From Myxococcales bacterium (lineage in GTDB: Bacteria > Myxococcota_A > Polyangia > Polyangiales > Polyangiaceae), in contig JAYTOU010000018.1 of assembly GCA_043747615.1 (NCBI GenBank), positions 1 to 34,690 of the forward strand: DNA of 34,690 nt. The letters are read 5' to 3'. Shown here piece after piece: positions 8,523 through 17,861 of this stretch; position 1 is the stretch's first letter, and each line of letters starts with the position of its first letter. The translations under genes were made by a program, and so were the position numbers. The notes beneath the pieces were generated by a model. It saw nothing but the letters and a program-made list of their open reading frames with translations. It did no database searches and had not been told where the DNA came from.

Positions 8523-9662
8523 TCAGGTGACGGTCGCCGACCAGAGCGTCCGACCGAGCTCGCGCAGGAGCGTGAGCTGGGTGGCCTGATCGGGCAGCCC
8601 GGCGATTCGGCTCACGTCCGTCGGTGGCGTGGCGGTCGCGTTCCGCAACTCGGAAACCGCCGCGGCCCCGCACGCCGCGACGCGCCTGCGAGCCGCCGGC
8701 GAGAGTTGACGCTCGGCCCACGCCGCGATCGACCAGGACAGCGCGGCGTGACGCGTCTCGTCCTTGGCAATGCGAGTCATGGCTGCAGCTACGGCCGGAT
8801 CGGATGAGTTTGCGGCCTGCCATGTTGCGACGAGCGCGCCGTACGTCTCTCGAACGCAGCCCTCGACGAAGTTTTCGACGGCGACAGAAACGAGCGATTC
8901 GCGCGCCCGCCGCGGTCTCACACGTGCGGCAGCGGGGACTCCTCCGAAGCGTCGCGCCAACCGCGAGATCGTCCGCGCATGGCGCACTTCGTCACGCGCT
9001 GCACGTCGCGCCGCTCGACGCAGGCCAGCGGGCGCAGCACGCTCACAGAGCATCACTTCGATCTGATTGAACGCGTGCACCGACGCGGCTTCGAGGTGGG
9101 CGACGCGCGCGAAGTAATCGCCGACGGCGCTGCTCCCCCGAGCGAAGGACGCGGGAGCGAGGCGGCGAGGACGGCGGCCAGCGGCGCCGGGACACGTGAC
9201 GCAGTCCATGATGAAAGGACCGGGCGCGACCGAGCCGTCGATGCAGGCGTCCCCATACGGGTGGCAGTTGAACACGAGTCCGTCGCACGCCTCCTGACAG
9301 ACGTTGAACGGGTACAGACAACCGATCCCACGTGGATCGAAGCTCGGGACCCCGCACGGCATCTGCGAGTACTTCGTGCACATCGTGCTTGCATCGGGGC
9401 CCGCGTCGGCATTGAAGATCGGAGCGCACGCGCCGTTGAGGCCCGTGTCGTCCAAGCCCGAAGACGCGTCGTTCGGAACGGTCGAATCGAGCCCGGTGTC
9501 CGCCGCCGCTTGGGCATCGATGTCGGTGCCCGCCTCGGCAGTCGACTTGCCGGCGTCATGATGGCATCCGAGCACGAAGACGCATGGCGCCGTCGCGGCG
9601 GTGATGAGTGCTCCTTGAAAGACGCTTCGCAAGCGCGCCTCGTAGCGTCGGATGGTCTTCAT
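8523..9662 (-). CDS. Myxobacterial ferritin-like (di-iron) domain lipoprotein with Cys-rich N-region
   Basis: Lipobox-like VLGC, Cys-rich region, GRRP linker, then LEAASVHAF / RDEVRHA / ENFVEGCVRETYGAL / KDETRHAALSW (paired E...ExxH ligand motifs). Confidence 0.85.
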   Translation of the reverse strand: MKTIRRYEARLRSVFQGALITAATAPCVFVLGCHHDAGKSTAEAGTDIDAQAAADTGLDSTVPNDASSGLDDTGLNGACAPIFNADAGPDASTMCTKYSQMPCGVPSFDPRGIGCLYPFNVCQEACDGLVFNCHPYGDACIDGSVAPGPFIMDCVTCPGAAGRRPRRLAPASFARGSSAVGDYFARVAHLEAASVHAFNQIEVMLCERAAPAGLRRAARRAARDEVRHARTISRLARRFGGVPAAARVRPRRARESLVSVAVENFVEGCVRETYGALVATWQAANSSDPAVAAAMTRIAKDETRHAALSWSIAAWAERQLSPAARRRVAACGAAAVSELRNATATPPTDVSRIAGLPDQATQLTLLRELGRTLWSATVT

Positions 9663-9677
9663 CGGATGTAGCTCGTC

Positions 9678-9705
9678 ACTCTAGCGGACAAGGCGCGGGC
9701 GGCAA
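9678..9705 (-). promoter_or_regulatory. Putative sigma70 promoter of the ferritin-like gene
   Basis: TTGCCG-16 nt-TAGAGT, ending 15 nt upstream of ATG 9662. Confidence 0.45.
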
Positions 9706-9735
9706 TCCGTTCAGCACGTGGCGCGCATGGTCACT

Positions 9736-9756
9736 CTGTAACGAATCGAGTTACAG
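9736..9756. promoter_or_regulatory. Palindromic operator candidate in the divergent intergenic region
   Basis: Perfect CTGTAAC-N7-GTTACAG, AT-rich relative to the surrounding sequence. Confidence 0.55.
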
Positions 9757-9812
9757 CGCGGGAGCCACCTAGCCGCAATGAGTCCCACGTGCTACCCGAG
9801 GTGCGGCGCTGA

Positions 9813-11048
9813 ATGTTCACACGCATCTCCACGTCGGCATCATGGGCTCGCGCTTTCGTCGTGTTCCTTGTTGCGTGCGGGACGAGCGGCGTGTCGGGCA
9901 GCGACGCCGGGCAAGCGGACGCAGGACAGACCGGTGACCCGTTCGATGTACCGCTAGCGGGTGCTACGCACGACCAAGTCGTGGCCTTCAACACGGGTGA
10001 CGATCTCTTCGCTACGGTGTTCCGCGAGTTCGACGGCCTCGGTCCGCTCTACGTTCGCCAATCCTGCAGCTCGTGCCACGCGAACACCACGCGCGGTCCC
10101 GGGTTTGCCGAGAAGATGGCGGTCGTGGGCGCAGACGGTTTCACGCCGGCTGCGGATCAATCGCTCCTTGCGTTCGGGCACACGATACGACCGTTCGTGA
10201 CGGCGGGCGCGAAGACGCCGCTCGTAGCTCCAGTCGATCCCAGGGTGAAAGTTACGATCCGCGTCGGTCCGCCTCTCCTTGGGCACGGCTACATGGAGGC
10301 CGTCCTCGACAGCGAAATCGAGCGGGTCGCGGCCGAACAGGCGGCGCGCACGGACGCAATCCACGGGCAGATCAACCGCGTCGTGTACATCTCCGAGCCA
10401 AACTCGGACACGCGCTTTCAACAGTACAAGAAGGGCGACACGGTCATCGGTCGCTTTGGGCTGAAGGCTCGGCAGCCATCGCTCGACGATTTCGTCGCAG
10501 ACGCCCTTCAGAGCGACATCGGAATCACCAGCCCGCTGCGACCGACGGAGCTCCCCAACCCCGACGGTCTCACCGACGATCTGAAGCCGGGCGTCGACGT
10601 GACGATGGACTACGTCAATGGGCTCGCGATGTACGTGCGATTGAATTCAATCCCGCGTCGCGATGGTCTCACCGACCGAGGACGCGCTCTCTTCGCGCAA
10701 GTGAAGTGCGACGTGTGCCACGTACCATCGCTCAAGACGCGGCCGGATTATCCAATCCCGCAGCTCGCCGGGGTCGAAGTTGCGGTCTACACGGACTTCC
10801 TCCTTCACCGCTGGAGCAACACGAACGGCGACGGTATGACGGATGGTCAGGCGCTCTCGAACCAGTGGCGGACCGCGCCCCTCATTGGTCTGCGCTTCAA
10901 CAAGACCTTCCTTCACGATGGGCGTGCCCACACCGTAGAGGAGTCGATCCTGCAGCACGACGGAGAGCCCGGTGACTCCGCTCGCGCCTTCGCCGCCCTT
11001 CCCTCCGACGACCGCAAGGCCTTACTCGCTTTCGTCAGCTCACTCTAA
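9813..11048 (+). CDS. Di-heme oxidoreductase (DHOR) family lipoprotein
   Basis: Lipobox LVAC; DGLGPLY...CSSCH; PPLLGHG; IGRFGLKA; CDVCH; WRTAPLIG...FLHDGRA....I..HDGE. Confidence 0.9.
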   Translation: MFTRISTSASWARAFVVFLVACGTSGVSGSDAGQADAGQTGDPFDVPLAGATHDQVVAFNTGDDLFATVFREFDGLGPLYVRQSCSSCHANTTRGPGFAEKMAVVGADGFTPAADQSLLAFGHTIRPFVTAGAKTPLVAPVDPRVKVTIRVGPPLLGHGYMEAVLDSEIERVAAEQAARTDAIHGQINRVVYISEPNSDTRFQQYKKGDTVIGRFGLKARQPSLDDFVADALQSDIGITSPLRPTELPNPDGLTDDLKPGVDVTMDYVNGLAMYVRLNSIPRRDGLTDRGRALFAQVKCDVCHVPSLKTRPDYPIPQLAGVEVAVYTDFLLHRWSNTNGDGMTDGQALSNQWRTAPLIGLRFNKTFLHDGRAHTVEESILQHDGEPGDSARAFAALPSDDRKALLAFVSSL

Positions 11049-11072
11049 ACGCGACTCCAACGAGGACATGCC

Positions 11073-12203
11073 ATGCTTCGAAGCCTACGCCCCGCGGCTA
11101 CTTATTTAGTTCTCGGTCTCGTGCCTGCGGCGTGCAGCTCCTCGTCGACGAAGAGCGCGCCGGTGTCGAACCCCGCTGGAGGCGACGCCGGTCCGACGCT
11201 GACGGATGACCAATACCGCGCGGCCGCAGTTCAGGGGATGCACGACTCCTTGCTGAAGGATCTCGACGCGCTTTCCGAGGCCGCCACGGACATTCAGAAT
11301 GCTGCGCCGACGCCCGTCGGACGCGGGTGGGATCCCGTACAGGACGCCGTCGCGATCGCAGCGATGAAGGCGGCCTGGATCAAGGCCCGATCAGCGTACG
11401 AGCACGAGGAAGGGGCAATCGCGCCGCTTTTCCCGGACATCGATTTTTCGATCGACGCTCGCTACGACGATTTCATGACGCAGCTCCTGAGCACGCAAGG
11501 AGACAGCTACCTGTTCGATGGGACGGGCGTCATCGGCATGCACGCCATCGAGCGCATTCTCTACGTGAAGGAGACCCCGGCCTTCGTCCTCGGGTTCGAG
11601 TCCAAGCTTCCGGGCTACAAGGCTGCGGCGTTTCCCGCGACCGAGCAGGAGGCAGCCGATTTCAAGAACAAGCTTTGCCCGCAGCTCATTGCCGACGTGA
11701 AGGCCCTTCGCGCTCAGTGGCAGCCAGCCCACATCAACGTGGCCATCGCATTTCAAGGGCTGATCTTGCTGATGAACGAGCAACGCGAGAAGGTCAGCAA
11801 GGCCGCGTCGACAGAGGAGGAGTCACGCTACTCGCAGCGGACGCTCGTCGACATGCGGGGAAATCTGGACGGCACCAAGGCCGTATACGCGATCTTCCAG
11901 CCGTGGCTTCTCTCTAAGCGAAACGCGACCGATTCCAGCAAGGACGGGCCGACCATCGACGGCAAAATCGAAGCCGGATTCGCGATACTCGCCCAAACCT
12001 ATGGTCAGGTGCAGGGAGACGCCGTTCCCCAGCCGCCGGCAACGTGGAGCACCGTGAGTCCGAGCGCGGCCGATCTCGCGAGCCCGTTCGGGATGCTTTA
12101 CTCGCAGGTTCGCACGGCGGTGGATCCCAACACCGATGGCACCATCGTGTTCGAGATGAACGACGCGGCGACCTTGCTCGGCTTTTCGCTCACCCAGCGG
12201 TGA
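11073..12203 (+). CDS. Imelysin / peptidase M75 (EfeO/IrpA-like) metal-binding lipoprotein
   Basis: Lipobox PAAC; AW..AR..YE..E; GMHAIERIL (GxHxxE); EEESRYSQRTLVD...NLDG. Adjacent to the DHOR gene, as usual for this pair. Confidence 0.88.
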   Translation: MLRSLRPAATYLVLGLVPAACSSSSTKSAPVSNPAGGDAGPTLTDDQYRAAAVQGMHDSLLKDLDALSEAATDIQNAAPTPVGRGWDPVQDAVAIAAMKAAWIKARSAYEHEEGAIAPLFPDIDFSIDARYDDFMTQLLSTQGDSYLFDGTGVIGMHAIERILYVKETPAFVLGFESKLPGYKAAAFPATEQEAADFKNKLCPQLIADVKALRAQWQPAHINVAIAFQGLILLMNEQREKVSKAASTEEESRYSQRTLVDMRGNLDGTKAVYAIFQPWLLSKRNATDSSKDGPTIDGKIEAGFAILAQTYGQVQGDAVPQPPATWSTVSPSAADLASPFGMLYSQVRTAVDPNTDGTIVFEMNDAATLLGFSLTQR

Positions 12204-12228
12204 TGCCGCGGCTGCGTCCGCGCGTGCC

Positions 12229-12726
12229 TCAGCGGAAGTAGCGCTTCTCGAGGTCCTCTCCGATCCCGGCCACGGAGTCGCGCGTCGCGCGGTCGCAGGC
12301 GGGCCCGGTCGGGGTGCCGAACGGATGGTCAAGAGGCTTGGCGACCGTGTGACCGTCGGCGAACGTAACCTGGAACGCTTCGGACGCATCGCCGCGGTGC
12401 GGGCATGGGCGGTAAGCGTCCCACCGCTCGCGGAAGTTCCTTGCTCCGAAAAATCGATCCAGCTCTCTTCGATCCGAAGTGGAGAGGTGAAGGCACGCGT
12501 CGGAGGATTCACCATCCTCGCGGCACATGCGCGTCGCCTCGATTCGGAGTGTACCCCGCGCGCTGACCCAAACGAGCTCCCGCGCGGTCATGGTGGACGA
12601 CGACTCCGGCCCGGCTTCCTGGGTTGGCCCCCGGAGGGCTGGGTCATACGGCAGCGGCGCGCACGCGCAGAGCGTGACCGCCGCAGCAGCGAGGAGCTCG
12701 GACACAACCACTCGCGAACGAACCAT
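12229..12726 (-). CDS. Hypothetical lipoprotein
   Basis: Signal-like N-terminus ending in LCAC, four further Cys; fills the gap downstream of the response regulator. Confidence 0.55.
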   Translation of the reverse strand: MVRSRVVVSELLAAAAVTLCACAPLPYDPALRGPTQEAGPESSSTMTARELVWVSARGTLRIEATRMCREDGESSDACLHLSTSDRRELDRFFGARNFRERWDAYRPCPHRGDASEAFQVTFADGHTVAKPLDHPFGTPTGPACDRATRDSVAGIGEDLEKRYFR

Positions 12727-12806
12727 GATCTACCCTACCAACTTCAGTGGACGGTGCCATGTCGGTTCTGCCACCCCGGTGTTCCTCGGTCGGCAAGACG
12801 ACATGA

Positions 12807-14204
12807 CTACCGCTCTCGAAAATCGTCCGAGCGTACGCCGTAGCGTCGCATTAATCGGTGAAGGCTCTCGCGCTCCATGCCCGCGCGCTCCGCGGCCAGC
12901 GTGACGTTGCCTCCAACGACTGCCATGAGCTCAGTGAGATATTCTCGTGACGCGCGATCGCGTGCAAGCGCGACGGCGTCGCGAAACGAGAGGTCTACGA
13001 TGCGTCCGAGTACCTCGGAGCGCGGCCCACTACTGTCGAAAATTTCTTCCGACAAGGCATCCGTCTCGATGCGCGCCGCGTCGCTGACGGCCACCGCCCG
13101 CTCAATCGCGTTCTCGAGCTGGCGCACGTTGCCGGGCCAATCGTAGGCGACGAGCGCCTCGAGAGCCTCCGGCGTAAAGCCTTGCGGCGCGGTCGACCGA
13201 GCGGCTCGTAATCGGTCAAGAAAGAGTGCGGCCAGCCCGGGGATGTCTTCGCGCCGCTCGCGCAGCGGGATGGTGTGAATCGGGAAGACATTCAGTCGGT
13301 AGTACAAATCCTCCCGGAAACGGCCTTCCGCGATGGCGCGGCCCAGATCTGCGTTGGTAGCGGCAACGACTCGGACGTCTATCGGAAGCTCGTCGGAGCT
13401 CCCCACCTTGCGAACGACGCGCTCCTGGAGGACACGCGTGAGCTTCACCTGTGCGGCAAGCGGCAGGTCGCCAATCTCGTCGAGAAAGATCGTTCCGCCG
13501 CTGGCCTCTTCGAACAAACCGCGCTTCGTGACGAACGCGCCGGTGAAAGCACCTTTCACATGTCCAAAAAGCTCGGACTCGATCAAGGGCTCTGGCAGCG
13601 CGGCGCAGTTGACCGGGATGAATCGCTTCCCTCCCCTTGCGCCTGCGTAGTGGATTGCGCGCGCCACAAGCTCCTTGCCCGTGCCGCTCTCGCCGGTAAC
13701 GAGAACGGTCGCGTCGGTTGCCGCAGCTCGGTGCAGAAGTTGGAAGATGCGCTGCATTCCAGGGCTCTTGCCGACAAGACCTTCGAAGCGGTCGAGACCG
13801 TCAAGCGCAACGCGGAGATCGCGCGCTTGCTCGCGCAGTCGTTTTCGCTCGACGGCCCGCTCGAGGAGAAGAAGCGCCTCGTCGGGATCGAACGGCTTGC
13901 TTAGATAGTCGTACGCCCCCAATTTCATCGCGCGCACCGCGTCAGCTACGGATCCGAAGGCGGTCATGAGGATGATCTCGACGTCTGGCGAAACTTGCTT
14001 CGCTTCACGCAGGAGCGCGAAACCATCGGCTCCGGGCATGCGAATGTCGCTCACGACCACGTCGAAGGCCCCGTGCGTGATCAGCGCGAGGGCGCGTGTT
14101 CCGTCGGAGGCACCCGTGACCGCCATCGTCTCACCCACGAGACGCTGAAAGAGCGAGAGAAAGTTTTCTTTGTCGTCAACGACGAGCACCTTCGGACGAT
14201 TCAC
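12807..14204 (-). CDS. Sigma54-dependent (NtrC-family) response regulator
   Basis: Receiver (VLVVDD, SDIRMPG, KPF), Walker A GESGTGKE, GAFTGA loop, FLDEIG, WPGNVRQLEN, Fis-type HTH. Confidence 0.95.
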   Translation of the reverse strand: MNRPKVLVVDDKENFLSLFQRLVGETMAVTGASDGTRALALITHGAFDVVVSDIRMPGADGFALLREAKQVSPDVEIILMTAFGSVADAVRAMKLGAYDYLSKPFDPDEALLLLERAVERKRLREQARDLRVALDGLDRFEGLVGKSPGMQRIFQLLHRAAATDATVLVTGESGTGKELVARAIHYAGARGGKRFIPVNCAALPEPLIESELFGHVKGAFTGAFVTKRGLFEEASGGTIFLDEIGDLPLAAQVKLTRVLQERVVRKVGSSDELPIDVRVVAATNADLGRAIAEGRFREDLYYRLNVFPIHTIPLRERREDIPGLAALFLDRLRAARSTAPQGFTPEALEALVAYDWPGNVRQLENAIERAVAVSDAARIETDALSEEIFDSSGPRSEVLGRIVDLSFRDAVALARDRASREYLTELMAVVGGNVTLAAERAGMERESLHRLMRRYGVRSDDFRER

Positions 14205-15436
14205 GTGAGTATTTCGCGAGCGGCGAACGCCGGCAGATCGAGGACGACCTTCGTTCCTCCCCCGATGGGAGATTCTATGCGGAGCGATCCGTTGTGGGCG
14301 TCGACCGTCGCAGAGGCAATCGTAAGACCAAGGCCCGTTCCTTTCGCCTTCGTGGTGAAGAAGGGGTCGAAGATCCGTCGGCGCACGTCGCTCGGAATGC
14401 CTGGACCCTTGTCGGTAATGGCGAGAGCAACCCGTTCGGGCCCGCTTTCGATCGCGAGCCCGATCGATCCCGGCGCTCCCACGGCCTCGATCGCGTTCAC
14501 GAGCACGTTCACGATCACGCGACGCAGGCTTGCCTCATCTCCCATCGCATACGCATGCGCCTCTGGATCGGGACCAGAAACGGTAATGCCTTCGAGACGC
14601 CCGCTTGCCTCGAGGCGCATGACGCTGTCCCGCGCCAAATCCGCGAGATCCACGGAAGCGAGGGCAAGCGTCTCGGGCCGCGCGAGCTCGAGCAGGCCCT
14701 GTACGATTCGCTGGCACTGCACCGCCTCCTCCTCGATGACCCGGAGCCCCTCCGGGTCGGCCGTCGGATCCCGCCGCTGCATCAACCGCACGTAGCCGAG
14801 AATGACGCCGAGGGGATTGTTGATCTCGTGCGCCACGCCGGCGGCGACCTGGCCTATGGACGCCAGCGTCTTGGATCGAACGAGCTCCTCTTGGTGTCGG
14901 TGGAGGTTTTCGGCCATCTGGTTGAAACCACTTGCGAGGTCTGAAAATTCGTCCTGACCCGCCAGGTGAATCCGCGCGGAAAGATCGCCAGCGCCGACTC
15001 GCTTTGCCCCGGCGCGAAGCGTGGACACGCGACTGACAATCGAACGAGTAATGCCGGTGCCCAAGCCTGCGGCGATCAATGAGGCCAATGCGAAGCACGC
15101 GATCGTAAGAGCGCGGGCCCGAGAGCGGAGCATGCTCGCACGCGCGTGGGCGGCGGCGCTCTGCGCTTCGAATCCTGCGGTCAACGCCTTATTCAGTCTC
15201 AGGACGTGAACGACCTGTGCCTCCATGTTGGCGTGGAGCACCCGCACGCCGCTTCGATCGTCGTTGCGGATGGCCGCGAGGGTGACGGTCCTAAAGGCTT
15301 CGTCATTGCGCTTCGTAAGAACAGAAATTTCCCCGGCGATGGCTCGCTCATCGTCCGTGCGCACGAGCGCCTCGAGCGCCGCCGTCGCCTCAGCGGTTAC
15401 GCGAGCGACGTCCTGATAGTGATCCAGGTGCGACAT
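14201..15436 (-). CDS. HAMP histidine kinase, apparently 5'-truncated (first TM helix missing)
   Basis: A single TM before HAMP (GDLSARI..QDEFSDLASGFNQMA); H-box AHEINNPL; N, G1, F and G2 boxes intact; GTGA overlap with the regulator. Upstream of ATG 15436 the frame has no hydrophobic segment and is closed by TAG near 15513. Confidence 0.8.
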   Translation of the reverse strand: MSHLDHYQDVARVTAEATAALEALVRTDDERAIAGEISVLTKRNDEAFRTVTLAAIRNDDRSGVRVLHANMEAQVVHVLRLNKALTAGFEAQSAAAHARASMLRSRARALTIACFALASLIAAGLGTGITRSIVSRVSTLRAGAKRVGAGDLSARIHLAGQDEFSDLASGFNQMAENLHRHQEELVRSKTLASIGQVAAGVAHEINNPLGVILGYVRLMQRRDPTADPEGLRVIEEEAVQCQRIVQGLLELARPETLALASVDLADLARDSVMRLEASGRLEGITVSGPDPEAHAYAMGDEASLRRVIVNVLVNAIEAVGAPGSIGLAIESGPERVALAITDKGPGIPSDVRRRIFDPFFTTKAKGTGLGLTIASATVDAHNGSLRIESPIGGGTKVVLDLPAFAAREILT

Positions 15437-15540
15437 GTCCCAATTAATCTGACGACAAGATGTACTTCGTCGATATGACGGGTAATCGAATCGTGCGTGT
15501 CGAGCCAGCCGCTAAGAAGTGAGCCGCCGTCGGGCGCACC

Positions 15541-16860
15541 TCATGAACGTGTTTCATGGATGAAGCGGGCGGCGAGTGCGAGCGCAGCAAGCGTGAGCCC
15601 CGCCGCGAGCCCCCACCATAATCCTACGACGCCCCACCCTCTCGGGATTCCAAGCCATACGCCCACGCCTAGACCTGCGCCGTAACCGAAGACACCGAGC
15701 AAGAAGGCGTCGCTGGTTTTCCTTCGCCCACGGAGCGCTGCTCCTGCCACCCCCTGGATGCCGTCTGCCACCTCGAAGAGAGCCGCGACCGCGAGGAGCG
15801 CTCTCGCTTGGGAAATCACCGGTGCATTCTCCGCGCGCCCGAGGCTGATGTACGCGCCGATGATCTGCTCAGGGCGCACGAGAAAGACGAACGCCACTGC
15901 GGTCATGAATGACGCCGCCAGGGCCATTCCGACGAGCCCTGCGCGACGAGCAGCCCGCACGTCTCCCCGACCGCTTTCGTGGGCGACGCGGGCAGAGACC
16001 GCCATCCCGATCCCAGAGGGGACCATGAACGCCACGTAGCAGGTCTGAACAGCAATCTGGTGTGCACCGAGAGCGACTGCACCAAGTTGACCGGCGAGGA
16101 ATGCCGTGACGGTGAAGAAACCCGATTCGGTGGCGAACGCGAGGGCCGTCGGCGCCCCGACCCGGAGAGCTTCGCGGATGAGCGTCACGTCGGTCGTGTG
16201 GACCGACGCATCCCGGGCACGACGTGCAACCCAAGGCAACAGCAGGGCGACGAGCAGGACCTGAGACAGCGCGACGAGCGCACCGGTTCGGACGAGCGCG
16301 TGATCGGAATCGAGCGCGCCCGGTACGAGAAGCGCGAGTGATACACCAAACACGACGATGGTCACGACGTAGGCACCGGCCACGATTGCGGGGCGCGCGA
16401 GGCCGGTCATGAACTGGCGAAAGTGAGCGAAGAGAAAAGCCGCGGGAATTCCCGGTGCAGCCGTGCGCAGAAGCAACGTAGCGCCGCGCGCGACCTCGGG
16501 CGTTTGCCCGAGCCAACCAAGATGAGGGGCGCTTGCCCAAACCACTCCCGCGACGGCGACTCCGAGCGCGATCGAGAGCTTCGCGCCCGCTAACGCAAGC
16601 CGTCCTACCCGTGGCTCGTCCGCGGCCCCGTCTGCCTCGGCAGCGAGGATGCCAATCGCCGAGAAGAGGCCCGAGGCCGTAACGGTCAGCGTTGCCCAAA
16701 CCGTTAGGGCAATCGCCCCGGCCGCCAAAGCGTCAGGGCCGACCTTACCAAGGGCGCGTGTGGCGAGAACCGCAAAGAGAACCTGCGCGAGCTGTGATCC
16801 AGCAAGCGGCACTGAAAGCGCGAGCGTTCGCCGCAGCTCGCGCGAGGCGCGCTCTTTCAT
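15541..16860 (-). CDS. MATE-family efflux transporter
   Basis: About 12 TM; LRVGAPT...ESGFF, LGAHQIA, DGIQGVAGAALRG, GVVGLWWGL. Start ATG 16860 overlaps the stop of the PLP enzyme (ATGA). Confidence 0.9.
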   Translation of the reverse strand: MKERASRELRRTLALSVPLAGSQLAQVLFAVLATRALGKVGPDALAAGAIALTVWATLTVTASGLFSAIGILAAEADGAADEPRVGRLALAGAKLSIALGVAVAGVVWASAPHLGWLGQTPEVARGATLLLRTAAPGIPAAFLFAHFRQFMTGLARPAIVAGAYVVTIVVFGVSLALLVPGALDSDHALVRTGALVALSQVLLVALLLPWVARRARDASVHTTDVTLIREALRVGAPTALAFATESGFFTVTAFLAGQLGAVALGAHQIAVQTCYVAFMVPSGIGMAVSARVAHESGRGDVRAARRAGLVGMALAASFMTAVAFVFLVRPEQIIGAYISLGRAENAPVISQARALLAVAALFEVADGIQGVAGAALRGRRKTSDAFLLGVFGYGAGLGVGVWLGIPRGWGVVGLWWGLAAGLTLAALALAARFIHETRS

Positions 16861-17861
16861 CTCGCGGGGCGGACGAGCCACTCGGCGAGTACACGGTCAG
16901 TCTCCGGCGAGTGCAATCCCTTCCGCTCGGTCCATTCCGGATCAAACACGGTGTCCAGATATTTCTCTCCGCCGTCTGCGACTAGCGCCACCACGCAGCG
17001 TCCGCGCGCCGAAGCGAGCAAGGAAAGAGCCGCGTAAATGACCCCTCCCGACGAACCTCCCACGAGGATCCCGTGGCGACGCGCGAGGTACCGGGCCGTA
17101 GAGAATGCGGTCGCATCATCGACCCTGATGCTCTCGTCGATGATCGAGAAATCGACGTTGTCGGCAACTTCGACGCCAACAGGCGTTCCCGTACCCGACT
17201 GAAAATAGGGGCCGCCTTTGCCTCCGAAGATGATGGAGCCCACGGGCTCCACGCCAACGATCCTGACATTGGGCATCGTACGGCGGAGCCCGCGCCCCGT
17301 GCCCGATAGCGAGCCTCCGGTCCCGACGGCTCCGACGATCGCGTCGAACTCGTTGCCTAGATCTTCGATCAGCTCGCGCGCCAGCGTCGATTCGTAGGCC
17401 TCGCCGTTCGCCGGGTTGAAAGGCTGATTCAGATAGAGGGCGTTTGGGATCGTAAGTCCGAGATGACGCGCTTTCTCCTCGCGGGCGAGCGTGGCGACGG
17501 CATCTTCGTCCGCGTTTTCGCCGACTCGCACGAGCTCGGCCCCGTAGGCTTCCATGACGCGGAGCTTTTCACGCGACGCGTGACGATCGACCACGGCGAT
17601 GAAGCGGTAGCCTCGCTCGGCGGAGAGCATGGCGAGCGCCGTCCCCGTGTTGCCCGACGACGACTCGACGATGACGCCGCCGGGTCGCAGCCGGCCCGAG
17701 CGCACCGCCGCGTCGATCATGGCGACGGCCATTCGGTCTTTGATGCTTTGACCAGGGTTGGTCTTTTCCAACTTGAGCCAGAGTGCTTGATCGGCGCGGC
17801 GAAGCGGCAGCGCGAGGAGAGGCGTATTTCCTATTAAGTCGGCAACGCTGCGAGCCTTCAC
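16857..17861 (-). CDS. PLP-dependent cysteine-synthase-fold enzyme (SbnA/CBS-like subfamily)
   Basis: IGNTPL, KLEKTNPGQSIKDR (PLP Lys), ESSSGNTG, GTGGSLSG, GGSSG, DGGEKY. Lacks the CysK 'PHKIQGIG' loop and has GPYFQSGTG instead. Confidence 0.9.
   Translation of the reverse strand: MKARSVADLIGNTPLLALPLRRADQALWLKLEKTNPGQSIKDRMAVAMIDAAVRSGRLRPGGVIVESSSGNTGTALAMLSAERGYRFIAVVDRHASREKLRVMEAYGAELVRVGENADEDAVATLAREEKARHLGLTIPNALYLNQPFNPANGEAYESTLARELIEDLGNEFDAIVGAVGTGGSLSGTGRGLRRTMPNVRIVGVEPVGSIIFGGKGGPYFQSGTGTPVGVEVADNVDFSIIDESIRVDDATAFSTARYLARRHGILVGGSSGGVIYAALSLLASARGRCVVALVADGGEKYLDTVFDPEWTERKGLHSPETDRVLAEWLVRPAR

Noticed and set aside
7987..9662. RiPP system (di-iron enzyme plus Cys-rich precursor)
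   Set aside because: Both products look like lipoproteins with spacer and disulfide-type domains; no leader/core pattern, protease or dedicated exporter seen.
12744..12803. TGGCAC box and imperfect inverted repeat upstream of the 12726 gene as a sigma54 promoter
   Set aside because: The -12 element is absent at the required spacing (TGGCAC-CGTCC-ACTG).
16857..17861. Calling this gene cysK or sbnA
   Set aside because: Motifs differ from housekeeping CysK, and no sbnB or siderophore synthetase is present; the substrate cannot be assigned from sequence.
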